Assembly: GCF_000143415.4 (NCBI RefSeq)
Contig: NW_003314300.1
Location: forward strand, 166,908-230,907
Reading direction: 5' to 3'
DNA length: 64,000 nucleotides
From: Selaginella moellendorffii
Taxonomy: Eukaryota > Plantae > Lycopodiophyta
In this document: one piece after another, positions 10,550 through 22,376 of the stretch
How positions within the stretch are numbered: position 1 is the first letter of the stretch
Layout of the letters: each line of letters opens with the position of its first letter
The notes under the pieces: model-generated
Databases searched by the model: none
What the model was told of the DNA's origin: nothing
Seen by the model: only the letters and a program-made list of their open reading frames with translations
Program-made: the position numbers and the translations under genes

Positions 10550-13188
10550 ATGTGGGAGCGGTGGAGGCAGCAGTTCCGGAGGAAGAGGAAGAATCCGGAT
10601 CATCTGGATCCGGTGGGGATGAGCGTCCTGCCCACATTCTCCACCTCCGCCGCCACCGGCGCCGCCGCCAAGAAGAAGAAAGACTCCCGGAAGATCCGCC
10701 AGCGCCAACTCTTCCGCGTCTCCTCCGTGGCCGCCGGGATCCAATTCGGCTGGGCCTTGCAGCTCTCCCTCCTCACTCCATACGTCCAAGAGCTGGGAAT
10801 CCCTCACACATTCGCCAGTTACATATGGCTTTGCGGCCCCATTACCGGAATGCTCGTCCAGCCCATCGTCGGGTACTACAGCGATAACTGTAGGAGCCGA
10901 TGGGGGCGCCGCCGCCCCTTCCTCGTCGCTGGATGCGTTTGCGTGATCATCGCGGTGCTCATCATCGGCTTCTCGGCCGATCTGGGACACCTCTTTGGTG
11001 ATTCGATGGAGAGTACTACCAAGACGCGGGCCATTGTGATGTTCGTGCTGGGATTCTGGCTGCTCGACCTCGCGAACAACACTCTCCAGGGGCCGTGCCG
11101 AGCGCTCCTGGCCGATCTCACAGGTACTCTTGCTCAAAGTTTGTTTTTTTTCTTCCGGTTTTCTTCATCCTTTTAGGAGCTGCTTGGTTCGCCATCTTCT
11201 CTTAGTTCTTCTTCCTTCTCTGCTTTGGAGCTTTCATTTTTCTTTGGAGCTTTTCATCGTAGATCACTCCATGCTTGGCAGTTTTTTCTTTCCTTGATGA
11301 TTTAGCATACTTCTTCTACTTCTGACTTGGAGTTCGTCGATTTTAAGAGTGTTCGCCAGTTTTACAGAGCTGGAGGTGACGAGCAGAGCATGGGCTAGTC
11401 CAAGCGTCCGCATGTACCATATTTCTCCTTCCCCTCTTAGCTTAGAATTGCAAACTTTTCTCATTTTTTCTTTCACTGGTGTAGTTCCAGGGATAGAGAG
11501 ACGTCCTAGACTCTAGTTGGGGTTTCTTATTGTTTTTCTCTACAGTTCTTTCTTGCTAGATTGCCTTGTGTGTTGTTTTTGACATTCTTGGTTGTCCAAG
11601 ATGCCTTATCGCTGAACTTTTCCTTTGCAGGCCGCAGCCAGAGAAGAACGCGAAGAGCAAACGCTTTCTTCTCGCTCTTCATGGCCATTGGCAACATTCT
11701 GGGCTTTGCAACCGGTGCCTACGGCAACTGGGCCAAAGTTTTTCCTTTCGCTATCACGACAGCGTGTGACATGGCCTGCGCCAACTTGAAGTCCGCGTTC
11801 TTCCTCGACATCATAATGCTCATATTCACAACGCTGCTCAGCATCACGGCCGCTCCAGAGGTTCCACTCTCGGAGATCTTACGAGGCGGCGGCGTTGGTG
11901 CTGGTGGTGGTGGCAGCAGCCATGGCAGCAGCAAAAACGACGGCAGCAACAGCACCAGCACGCTGAAAAGGATCCTCAGCAACAGCTCCGAGCGCCGGGA
12001 CGTGGAAAACGCTCACGGCCGGCAAAACTTGAGCGACAGCACCGTCGAGAATGGCAAGCTCGTGGCCAAGCCGTGGAACAACCTCAGTGCCGACCATGGC
12101 AAAGAGCTCGAGACCATCCTCAGCAGCGAAGGCTTGTCCGAATCTCCACACGGTCCGGAGGTGTTGCCGACTTGCGAGACCGAGAACAAGGCCTTCTTCT
12201 GGGAGCTTTTCAGCACCATGAAGACGCTGCCCCGGCAAATGTGGTACATCCTGCTCGTCACGGCTCTCACTTGGGTGGCGTGGTTCCCATTCTTGCTCTA
12301 CGACACGGACTGGATGGGGCACGAGATCTACAGAGGACAGCCCGACTCGAGGCTCCAGGCCAGAACCGATTTGTACAACAAGGGAGTGAGGATGGGATCG
12401 TTCGGACTGATGCTCAACTCTGTGGTGCTGGGACTCACGTCACTCATGGTGGAGCCTTTGTGTCGACGAGTCGGGCCGAGCTACTTGTGGGGATTTGCGG
12501 ATGTGATCCTGGCGTTTTGCTTCGCCGGTATCGTCGGGATCACCAAGGTGGCCGGGAAAGGACGCAGTCCGCCATCAGCAGGTGTTTTGACAGTCGTTCT
12601 CCTCCTCTTTTCGATCCTTGGAATACCACTGGCAGTAAGTTTTTCGTTTCCTTTCTTGTGCTCTACTCTAGAAGAGAAGTTCTTCGCGATTCAAGCACTC
12701 AAGCATGGTTTTGCAGGTCACGTACAGCGTTCCGTATGCTCTGACTGCGAGCTACACGAGCTCCATCGGCGGTGGTCAAGGTAACTTTCCTCTTGTTTAT
12801 CACAGCGTTTAAGCTTTAGCATGGATTTTCTTCTCCAGGGCTCTCTATGGGAGTTTTAAATCTTGCCGTTGTCATCCCACAGGTAAGTTCGTCATAGCTT
12901 TAAGAAACTCTGGTACTTCTTGCGGATACTGATGGATCACCTCTCTGGAACTTACAGGTTATAATCTCGCTCGGAAGTGGGCCTTGGGACCAAGCATTTG
13001 GAGGAGGAAACATACCATCGTTTCTCGTTGCCTCGGGTGCCGCGCTGATTGGAGGAGTGTTGGCCATCACCAAGCTACCAAAGACTCACACCAAGCGTGA
13101 CCACAAGCCTCCACCGATCGAGGTCGAGTTTCCTACGCCAGGTATCCGGCGAACACGAAGCGCTCCAGTCTTTTCGAAGATGGCTTGA
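10550..13188 (+). CDS. SUT: Sucrose transporter, SUT2/type II-like with extended central loop
   Basis: Same SUT motifs and intron positions as the first copy, with a ~110-aa Gly/Ser-rich loop. Start is 10550 or 10619. Ends [14 protein letters not shown]. Confidence 0.92.
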
Positions 13189-13812
13189 GCCTTCGTCGTT
13201 CGTTTTTCTCTCTTTTTTTTCTTGTTGCCTGGCTCATCGTCTATAACTTTGTGTATGATGACTATTTGCGCAAGTTTGTACTGCTGTGTAGCATATTGTG
13301 TATACAGAAGCGCTTTCTCCCGTTCCAGATTTTCGCAAGGAAATCTGCCTGTGTAGAGAAATCGCTATATAACAAAACCTTTACAATAAAACTGATGAGC
13401 AATTATTAATATTTATTGAAACCATCTATTTAGCATGAACCATTCCAGATAATATTCTCAAAACAACCGACCTGGCAGCCCGACGTGGCAGTAGGGCATG
13501 ACGTGGAGGAGTGTGAGGCTCTGCAAAAGTGGATGCTTGATCTCCTGGTGTTATGCCACATTGGAATCTCTAAGTTGTGATTACGCGTAGATAAATAGGA
13601 GCAACTTGTTAAGACTTATAGGATCAAGGGCGATGAGGTGTGAGAGAGGTCAAGGATTATCTTTCAAGCTTAGCAGGAAGGTTGTGGTTTATGGAGGTCA
13701 TTGCAGAACACCTGTTTACCGTCTGGTATGATGATGGCAACCATTAGCATTACCATCCTTTAAAAACCATAAGGGTTTCTAGTTTTTCTCCAACTTTTAC
13801 GTAGCAATAGCA

Positions 13813-15576
13813 ATGAAGAAGAGGAAGGGGGAGTTTGTGGGCGAGGGGGAGAAGAAGCAAATACAAGGGGAGTCCTCCCAAAATGATTTGGAGCCTAGGT
13901 CAATGACAGTTGAGTTGATGAATCACCAAAAGCAAGCCCTAGCCTGGATGCTGGAGCAGGAGTCTAGCGACAGAAAAGGTGGCATCCTTGCTGACGACCA
14001 GGGCCTGGGCAAGACCCTCTCAGCCATCGCGCTCATCCTCGAGGCTAGCCCAAGGTCAATGGCCCAAGACCATGCAAGTCAAAAGAAAGTCAGGGGTGGT
14101 ACGCTCATCGTTTGCCCGGTAAGCGTGATCCGGCAGTGGGAGAGCGAGATCGCAACTAAGGTGGCGGCCACTGCACCACTCTCCACATTCGTCTACCATG
14201 ACAAACGCAAGGTGACGCCTGAGACGCTGGCATTGTACGACGTAGTGATCACCACGTACGGAGTACTGGCCAAGGAGCAGTGTAACAAGGTGAACAAGGT
14301 CTTTAATCGACGTCGTGCAGCTTGGATCGTGGAGAGGCAGTACCTTTCTGGACCCCTGGGCAATGTGGCGTGGCACAGGGTGGTGCTAGACGAAGCACAA
14401 TCCATCCGGAATGCCTACACCCAAGTCTCGCGCTCTTGCATGCATCTCTCCGCGACGTACAGATGGGCTCTCTCAGGAACGCCATTCCAGAACAACATCA
14501 AGGATCTCTATGCTTTTTTCTGCTTTCTCCGGGTCCAGCCCTATTGTCACAATCGTAAAGCTTTTGACGAGCAGTATGAAGTGTATGAGAAGAAGGGCTA
14601 CTCGCTGGAGCTCAAGGCGGCGCTGGAGAGCATTGTGCTTCGGCGGAACAAGAACTCGATCGTTGATGGCGAGCCAGTGCTGCGGCTGCCGCCCAGGCTG
14701 GTCAACCGGGTGGAGGTGGAGCTATCGAAGCTGGAGAGAGAACTCTATGAAGATCTTATGGAGGAGTACGAGGCAAGAATCAGCGAATACAGCAGCGAAG
14801 GGACGCTCCAGATGAACAAGTTTAACATGTTGAGCATGCTGCTGCGACTGAGGCAAATGTGTAACCATCCAGCGCTGCTCGACAGTGACCACCTCTTCCA
14901 AGTCGAAGACGATGATCTCATCATGGATGAAGATGGAAGTGAAGATGGAAGTGGGCACCAGCAGATGAGAGAGGCCTTGAGTAAGCTCCAGCTCGAGGCC
15001 CAGGAGAGGCAAGAAGAGTTTGATCGCAAAGTGCAAGAGATTGGCCAGTCGGCCAAGCTGAAAGCCGCGATGAGGGTGCTGGATATGACCCCTCATGGAG
15101 AGAAATCCCTCATCTTCTCACAGTGGACGTCTATGCTCGACCTGATTGAACCAGAGCTGGAGGAAGCCGGGATCCAGTTCTCCAGGATCGACGGGAGCAT
15201 GAGCACAAGAAAGCGAGTTGAGGCAATCAAGAGATTTAGCGAGGATCCAGAGGTAGCGGTAATGCTTATATCCCTTAGAGCTGGCGGGTGTGGGCTCAAC
15301 CTGGTGGCCGCGACTCGTGTGCTGCTAATGGACATGTGGTGGAACCCGACCACGGAGGACCAGGCCATTGACCGGACGCACCGCATTGGTCAAACTCGGC
15401 CGGTCCACGTGACCAGGTTTGTGGTCAAACAAACTGTGGAGGAGCGCATCTTACAGATTCAGGAGGAGAAGAAGAAGCTGGTGGAATTTGCATTTGGGGA
15501 GAAAAGCTGCAAGGATCACAGCCTCAGCATTGACGAGCTCACGTCGATATTTGTGCTGCAAAACCTTGAATCATAA
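13813..15576 (+). CDS. SNF2-family ATPase, Rad5/16-Ris1-like, single coding exon, no RING
   Basis: GGILADDQGLGKT (motif I), VVLDEAQ (II), WALSGTP (III), LLRLRQMCNHP, IFSQWT, WWNPTTEDQAIDRTHRIGQ (VI). Confidence 0.9.
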   Translation: MKKRKGEFVGEGEKKQIQGESSQNDLEPRSMTVELMNHQKQALAWMLEQESSDRKGGILADDQGLGKTLSAIALILEASPRSMAQDHASQKKVRGGTLIVCPVSVIRQWESEIATKVAATAPLSTFVYHDKRKVTPETLALYDVVITTYGVLAKEQCNKVNKVFNRRRAAWIVERQYLSGPLGNVAWHRVVLDEAQSIRNAYTQVSRSCMHLSATYRWALSGTPFQNNIKDLYAFFCFLRVQPYCHNRKAFDEQYEVYEKKGYSLELKAALESIVLRRNKNSIVDGEPVLRLPPRLVNRVEVELSKLERELYEDLMEEYEARISEYSSEGTLQMNKFNMLSMLLRLRQMCNHPALLDSDHLFQVEDDDLIMDEDGSEDGSGHQQMREALSKLQLEAQERQEEFDRKVQEIGQSAKLKAAMRVLDMTPHGEKSLIFSQWTSMLDLIEPELEEAGIQFSRIDGSMSTRKRVEAIKRFSEDPEVAVMLISLRAGGCGLNLVAATRVLLMDMWWNPTTEDQAIDRTHRIGQTRPVHVTRFVVKQTVEERILQIQEEKKKLVEFAFGEKSCKDHSLSIDELTSIFVLQNLES

Positions 15577-16709
15577 ATAGAGTATCGGTCTTTCGTTTTC
15601 TTAAACCATGCAATTCTGTGAATCAATATAAGAGAATGCAACAATATCGATCCAGGACCAGTGACCACTTTACAGGAGAACAGCTCATGGTCCACTATTG
15701 CGCTGCTTGACAGAGGCCGAGGTTCCAAAAGCTCTCAAATATGCCCCACTGCAACCAGTTCTTCAATGAAGGTGATGTGGAGCTTCAAGAAAGCTCTTTT
15801 CGGTCAATTTCCTAGCTAGTGCGATACTTCCTCAGATTCCTGAAAGGATCAAGCAAGGAACACCAAAATAAAACCAGATTCTCAAGCAGAACCTAGCTCG
15901 CCTGAAATTGTGAATCGCATGATTAAATGAGAAGTCACAAGGGACTAACAGCAGTGAAATATCAGTTTTATTTGGAAATACTAAGGATAACAATCTCAGT
16001 CATAAAAATTAAGGCTCTTGAAGCATTGCGACAAGAGAGCAGCAGCAGCAACGGCAATCACGTTCGCTGGTCGTAGGAAGCCCCACCAGAGATTTATACT
16101 ATGCCACCAAGGCCCTTCTAAAGAGTGCATGAGAACATCTTGTTAAAATCTTCCTTAACTTTGATTTTTGAATTGAGAGAGCCCTTTAGAAAATGCATGT
16201 GGCGAGGTTCCTGAGTAGAACTTCGTAACTTAAGAGCATTTCATGCAATGCAAAAAATGCATGTTGCGATGTCGTGGCGCGTTCTTAAGTAGAACTTCGT
16301 CGCTTGTAATCCGATAATCTTGGAGCCCGGAATTCTTTTCAGATCCTGCCAGCCATCTTTTCAGTTCGAGACTGATCCACGCTTGCGGGACTCTTGTCAC
16401 CGAGTTCTTCTCTTCATGTAGTTGAATGGAGGCTGCTCGTGCACAATGATGGAGGCAGTGTGGGTGGCGAGGATAAACTGAATGGTTCACTTCCGGACTT
16501 CCACTGGGAGGAGTCTGGATGCCTTAAGAAGCTTTTTCCCTGAAGGAGCGAGCTGTTCAACTGGCGACGGACTAGCTGACAGGGTGTTGTGATGACTTTG
16601 GCCTGATAGTGTTCCTTCCTGACATCCCATTGATATATGCCATGTTGTTGAAGAGGCTGTAGTAAACCTGGCTTGCGGCTGCTTCGTATGTCCAGGTCTG
16701 CCGATGGTG

Positions 16710-17120
16710 AAATTCTGTGCGTATCTCCGCATAAAAACTTACTCTTGTTCTGTAAGAAATAACTATAGCATCGATAACTATTTGATTTCTACTAGATATA
16801 AATGCTTGCCACACATTATACAAAGGGAAGCCAATTGGTATAGACAGATCAGCCACACAAATCCCACCCATAAAAAGTGGGGTAATGGTGTGAAATGAGA
16901 TTCTGACTAAGTTTTGATTTAAAGTAACTATTCCATCATCAATATAAGTAGAATAAATATAAGTTATCAATTGAATTTATTCATTAAACTCAATAAAGAT
17001 ATGGCATTTAATCTTGCAACAAAAATGGTTACAGGCTGAGGGGGATATGTATGTGGTGGTGGTGGTGGCGGCTGACTAAGTATAGGTAAAATCAAAGCTA
17101 ATATTTCAAAGATGAAACAA
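16710..17120 (-). pseudogene. 5' fragment of the B-lectin gene, frameshifted and lacking the lectin domain
   Basis: Near-identical to 61120-61560 with small indels giving TGA TAA near 16970. Similarity stops at ...cacagaattt. Confidence 0.85.
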
Positions 17121-18414
17121 ATATATAAATATATAAAGAAATGACAAAGAGTTTATAGGCTGGACATATATGAGATTTGTCAAATCCAAGACTAAGTCTA
17201 AGACGAGTCTAAAACTAAATTTGAAATTGAGTCCAAGTCACAATTATACAGGTTATAAGGTGAAACCATTTATCAATTTCGTACACCTAAGCATAAACCC
17301 TAATCCTGGCTTTCAAGAATGTGTTATTTCAGAAGAGAGTTTCTGATGGAGATGGGGAAGCCAGCTGAACATGTTGTCGGTAATATTGCCCTTTCTTTTG
17401 CTATTCAGATTTACTATAGAAGTCTCGATTTTTGCAAATTGGCAGGATGTATCATTGTGATCCCGAAGAGGCAAGGCCTCCTTCCTCAAAAACGCAATCT
17501 GAGGCCCTATTTGCTGGTCAGCCAAACATCAGTCAGCTACGAGAAAATGCTAGAAGGGTTGCTAGTGACTATTCACTTCGACAATTACAATATTGAGCCA
17601 CTTCACGAACTTCATCATCTGCCATGTAGTTTTTCAATCAGATTGTCCGTGTTTTCTAACTTCCATGTTTTGATTCTTGGCAATAGTCAACTTTTTCGGA
17701 AACAAGTCTGCAGACCGAGTCCCTTTAGACTCGTAGTGTACCGACAGACACATGTTTCTCATTGAGGAAGCTCTGGTCAGAGCAGAGGTGGTGGCTGATG
17801 CTGGTGGCCTTCCTGAATTCGGTGTCGATGGTCTATTGCCTCTATTCAGATTTGAGTTTCCCCACGCACGTCAGCTGTATGAACGCCAGGGTAAGCTCAA
17901 GCCCAGTTAAGTATATGCCTTATTGTATCTAATATTTATTTTGCAAAATGGTATAGTTTTACCTTTCAATCAGTTCCATGAGACCCACCCAGGGGAAGAA
18001 ACCAAGATCATAGGTCGAGAATCGATATCAATCCTTTTAATTCGTAATGGCCAAATAATACCATGAAATGTGACCATCATGGTCAACTGAAAAACGATCC
18101 AGGCAACGGGAGTATGTGTAAATTGCGTCCACTAGTCGAATGTTTCGGAGCTATTTGATCTTGAAGACGGTTGAGTTGTAACAGCAGCCCCGGTTTCACA
18201 AGTTACTACTTTTTTCTGGGCCAGCAAAAGAGTAAGAAAGAAGGGAAAACCTGACTGAGTAAATTCAACAGACCTTGCTCTGTGGAAGAGACAAAATGGG
18301 TTGTGTGGATCTCACGATCAACCACCAGAGTGAACTCGCAGCTTGGATAATATCCCACCAGTTTGAGGCCGGGGCTTCGAACAGAGGCGAAGCTATTGAG
18401 CCGCAATCGAGCAC

Positions 18415-18746
18415 GAGATCCCGTCTTCCTAACCCCCAAATCCGGGAAGGTAGCTTCTTGCTAGCATCGAGAATGCAAATTCAAAATTTACTAATGGTTC
18501 AAGTCAATGGTATGAAATTTTATTATCGGAACCCGGTTGCTGAGATGATGGCTATCAGGTAAGTGTAGAGGTAAACCGGTGTAGAAGACCCGGGTTCGAT
18601 GCCGAAGGGTCCAATCAACAAGGACTTTTAGGGAAAACTCTTGCTCTTTAAGTAGCCTTTTTTCTGATTCGCTAGCTCACTAAAGCAACTTAGACCAGTC
18701 AGTTAGCACCTCGGTTTCTCAAAGCATACGTTTCGGGTTCGATTCT
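18415..18746 (+). repeat. Repeat R, copy 1 (unclassified, with B-box-like motifs)
   Basis: Matches 22009-22376 directly, and 54904-55241 and 58781-59119 inverted. Confidence 0.9.
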
Positions 18747-18799
18747 GATCGATATTACAAAAGAATAAATTTGCAGCTAATTTTGGTTGGAGACTTCTG

Positions 18800-19871
18800 T
18801 GTCGCTGAAAATTTGTGGGCCTCGTATTCCTGAAACAATATCGTGTATCAAGTATTCGTGGCGTGGATGGCTATGCCGACGACGGTGCTCAACAATCATC
18901 CTCCGTTACTGCTCCCCTCATTGCTTGAAGCTCTCAAGAGAACCGGCGAGGAGCGTGTCGCTGCGTTTCACTTCCCAGGCCACGGCCTCAGCGCCTCTTC
19001 GATTTCCAAGCTTCTCGGAGCTCAACTCTTCCAGTTTGATCTCCCGGAGCTGCCAGGCAGCGAGGAGACGTTTCAATCCTCCCCACGTTTCGGCATTCCC
19101 AGCCATGGTTCTTGCTGGAGCAATGCCTCACTATGCTCTTCCTTGTTACGAGAGGCTGCAAGATTGTAAAGCACGAGAGAGTTAGCAAGTGCCTTAGAAC
19201 CTTGCAAAGCTCCAGTCCGAGTTACCTTCTCTTGGCCTCTCTCGATGCCGCAAGGGACCAGATGGTGCAGCAAGCGACGACCATCCAGCGTTTGATACAG
19301 CTCTGGAGCTGGCTTGCACAGCTCGACGACGCCTGAAAGAAATCCCACAAGTTTTAGTCCTTGATAGAAAAATGTGAGCTCGGCAGCCAAAGCTGATACC
19401 ATTTTTGATGAGCTTAGGATCACCATTGGTTTGTGGGAGCTCGGAGTCACAGGAACCCTTGCTGATGGCTTTCTGTGCGATAAATGCAAGGTGGTGTCCG
19501 AGCTTCCTCTTCTGAACTCCATAACTTTTGCTATGGGAGGCGGCACTAGCAGCAGCGACATTGAGAAACTTATCAAAGGCTTTCAAGACCTTTCGAGTTC
19601 TTCCAGATTGACAATAGGTTCTTATTCCAGATCCCGAGTGCCTGATTGTAACAAAAACGGATGGAAAGCATTAGTTAGTCCAAGCTATGCATTCTTTGCA
19701 GAAACTTACTGCTGCAAAGCTGATGAAGCAGTGGGTCTAGCGACTGCTGAGCTCGTGTGCCCGTATCCACCTGGTATTTCTGTGCTCTTTCCTGGAGAGC
19801 TCGTCTCACAGGAGGCCCTTGGCTATTTGAAGCAAGCCCATGCTTCAGGAATTACCATCAGTGGAGCATAA
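18800..19871 (+). pseudogene. Prokaryote-type (AAT-fold) Orn/Lys/Arg decarboxylase pseudogene
   Basis: FHFPGH, FDLPELPG, LQSSSPSYLLLASLDAAR, AELVCPYPPGISVLFPGE spread over several frames. The central PLP-lysine region is absent. Confidence 0.85.
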
Positions 19872-19999
19872 GGTCCAACTCTTTCCACACTTTCTTGAAG
19901 TGACATCACAAAGATCCAGCTGCAAAGAAAGCAACAAGACTTAGATAAATGCAAAGTCATAGAAACTTAATTACATACCGATCACTTCAAGGTTGTCAT

Positions 20000-21590
20000 A
20001 GTTTTCATTGTTTGAGCCTGAGTATATGTTTGCCATGAGAGCATAAGCTGTACCACCTTCATCGTCAACCTTTGATAGAGCATCAAAGGCTGCCTGTGGA
20101 AGAGGTGTGCTCCAGGATATGGATGGCTTTGCTTGGGGCTTGTTTCAATGCGATGATTGGAAAGGCAGGCTTTCCACCACCGCAAGTGCATCCTCCAGCC
20201 GATTAGCACGTCGAAGTAGATCAGCCATGGAGATTACATGCTCCACACTCGGACTAAGTCCATAGTCCAAGCACATCGCGTGAAAGTATTCCATCCCCTT
20301 GTCGACCAAACACCGCATCACTGTCCCCTTGACGGCTGTATCCTGCGATCAGTGCACTCCAAGACACTGCGTCCTTGTCTCCATCGAACACTCGGCAAGA
20401 TTCCACGATGTCACCACACTTACCATAGAAACTTATGAGCGAGTTTGCCACCACCGGAGCCCCCCAGCTTCTTCGATCAGACGATGGATTGTCTGTCCAG
20501 CCTGTAGTGCTCCAAGGCCCCCACAGGCCTTAAGTACCGATGCAAAAGCCTGCCGAGTCCGGTTTCAGTCCTTGGAGTCTTCCAGCCAATGCCTTCTCCA
20601 GCAACGCCACTTTCAAGAGTCTTCCATCCACAAGCCGAGCCTCTTCCTTCTCGGCCATATCCAAGCACGCCTGGAGAAAGGCCGCCAAAGTTCTCGAGCT
20701 GACGACCACGTCTAACGCTTGCATGGCCGTGAATAACTCGAGAGCCCGCTCGGCCTCGCCACCTTTTGCATATCCCATGATCATAACATTCCATGAGACC
20801 GAATTCCCCGCTCTATCATCCCATCGAAAACTCTCCAGCAATCCAGCAATCTCCCCCACTTTGCATACATATCCATCATACTGTTGGAGACAAAAACGCT
20901 GGACGAAATCCCCCTGTTCTTGCAAACTTCGAGTAAATCTCTCCGTCCCTGTCCAGCCATCCCAGATTCGTGCAAGCGTCGAGCACGGCCACCAGAGTCC
21001 GGCATTTGCCTCCGCTCCATCTTCCAAAAGCATAAGCTCAAAGAGCTCCAAGGCTAGCTCGTCTTCCCCTCCTTGCGATCAAGCGTTGATCATGGCACTC
21101 CACACAACCACGTCCTTTGTTCCCAACTTGGCAGCCTGGAAAATCTCTAGAGCTTCTCTCACGCTGCCACACTTTCCATAGAAATCCACCAGGGCGCTGG
21201 CCACGAACCTGTCCACCAAGAATCCACCAAGCTGGGAATGAAGAGCCATGCCTCTCTTGAGGCTCTTGAGCTTGATGATCCTCCCCTGTAAATCTCTCAC
21301 CCCTTTTTCTCTAGCGGCCAGCGAAGAACAGGCCTGGAGAGCCGTGACGAAGATCCGGCCGTTTGGATCCAACCAGCCGCGCAAAGAACTGGAGCGCGAG
21401 ACCCGGCTGGCCGCACCGCGCGTAGCCGCCGATGACGCAGTTCCACGACGCCGCGGTGCGCCGATCCATGGAATCGAAAATGCGGCGTGCCTCGTCCATC
21501 CTGCCCCGTTTCGCGTCCATGAATGACTGCGTTGATCAAGTCGATGTTCTTACTGGAGAGGAGATCGCGCGACATTATCATCTGATTTTA
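20000..21590 (-). pseudogene. PPR pseudogene
   Basis: PPR motifs (SWNCVIGGYARCG, ALVDFYGKCGS, VSWNVMIMGYAKGG) broken across frames. Confidence 0.88.
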
Positions 21591-22008
21591 CGGTTCTTGA
21601 GGATAATGCAAAACTGTGTTTGCTCCATGCAAACTCGAGAGAGAGTATCTTGTGAGATTTGATCAGGCCTCCCAAAACTTGGCCGGTTCTTCGGTATAGA
21701 CAGTCCGGTCCTGGATCTGCCAATCTACGATCCTTGCCTGGGTACATTTACAGACGACCATAGCGACGGGAATGAGCTACCAGTTGTTCTCCTCCCTGCA
21801 TCTTTCATAGAAACAGCGAGTGAGCGAGTGAGTGAGAAAATCTAGAACAAAACTCTCCTGTCAATTTTCCTTCCTTGGCCGAGTGGGGTTTCTTCTCCAT
21901 CTTCTACCGAGTGAACTCCCCACACCCAGAGCGCCACTATCGTCCTTGGATCCCACCATGCGGAGGTCGTCAAGTATTTTGGAAGAGGAGCGTCGCCCCG
22001 ATCCACCC

Positions 22009-22376
22009 AGATCCCGTCCTCTTACCTCTGAAATCGGGGAAGGGCTTCTGCCAGGCACGAAACGCTGGCCTCGAGCAGCGAGAATGCGGATCCGCGATCT
22101 AACAAAGTGCCATGGATGCCATATGGTTCAAGTAGATGGTATTGTTATTTTATTATTGGAACCCGGTTGCCGAGATGATGGCTATCAGGTAAGTGTAGAG
22201 GTAAACCGGTGTAGAAGACCCGGGTTCGATGCCGAAGAGTCCAATCAACAAGGACTTTTAAGCGAAAATCTTGCTCTTTAAGTAGCCCTTGTTCTGGTTC
22301 GCTAGCTCACTAAAACAACTTAGACCAGTCAGTTAGGACCTCGGTTTCCCAATGCATACGTTTCGGGTTCGATTCT
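22009..22376 (+). repeat. Repeat R, copy 2
   Basis: Direct repeat of 18415-18746. Confidence 0.9.

Noticed and set aside
18560-18750. R as an intact tRNA or tmRNA gene (GGTTCGA loops)
   Set aside because: No acceptor stem, cloverleaf or CCA end could be built. Only B-box-like motifs are present.
21832-22281. 149-aa ORF over R2 as a real gene
   Set aside because: GTG start, not kept open in the other three copies, and no known motif.
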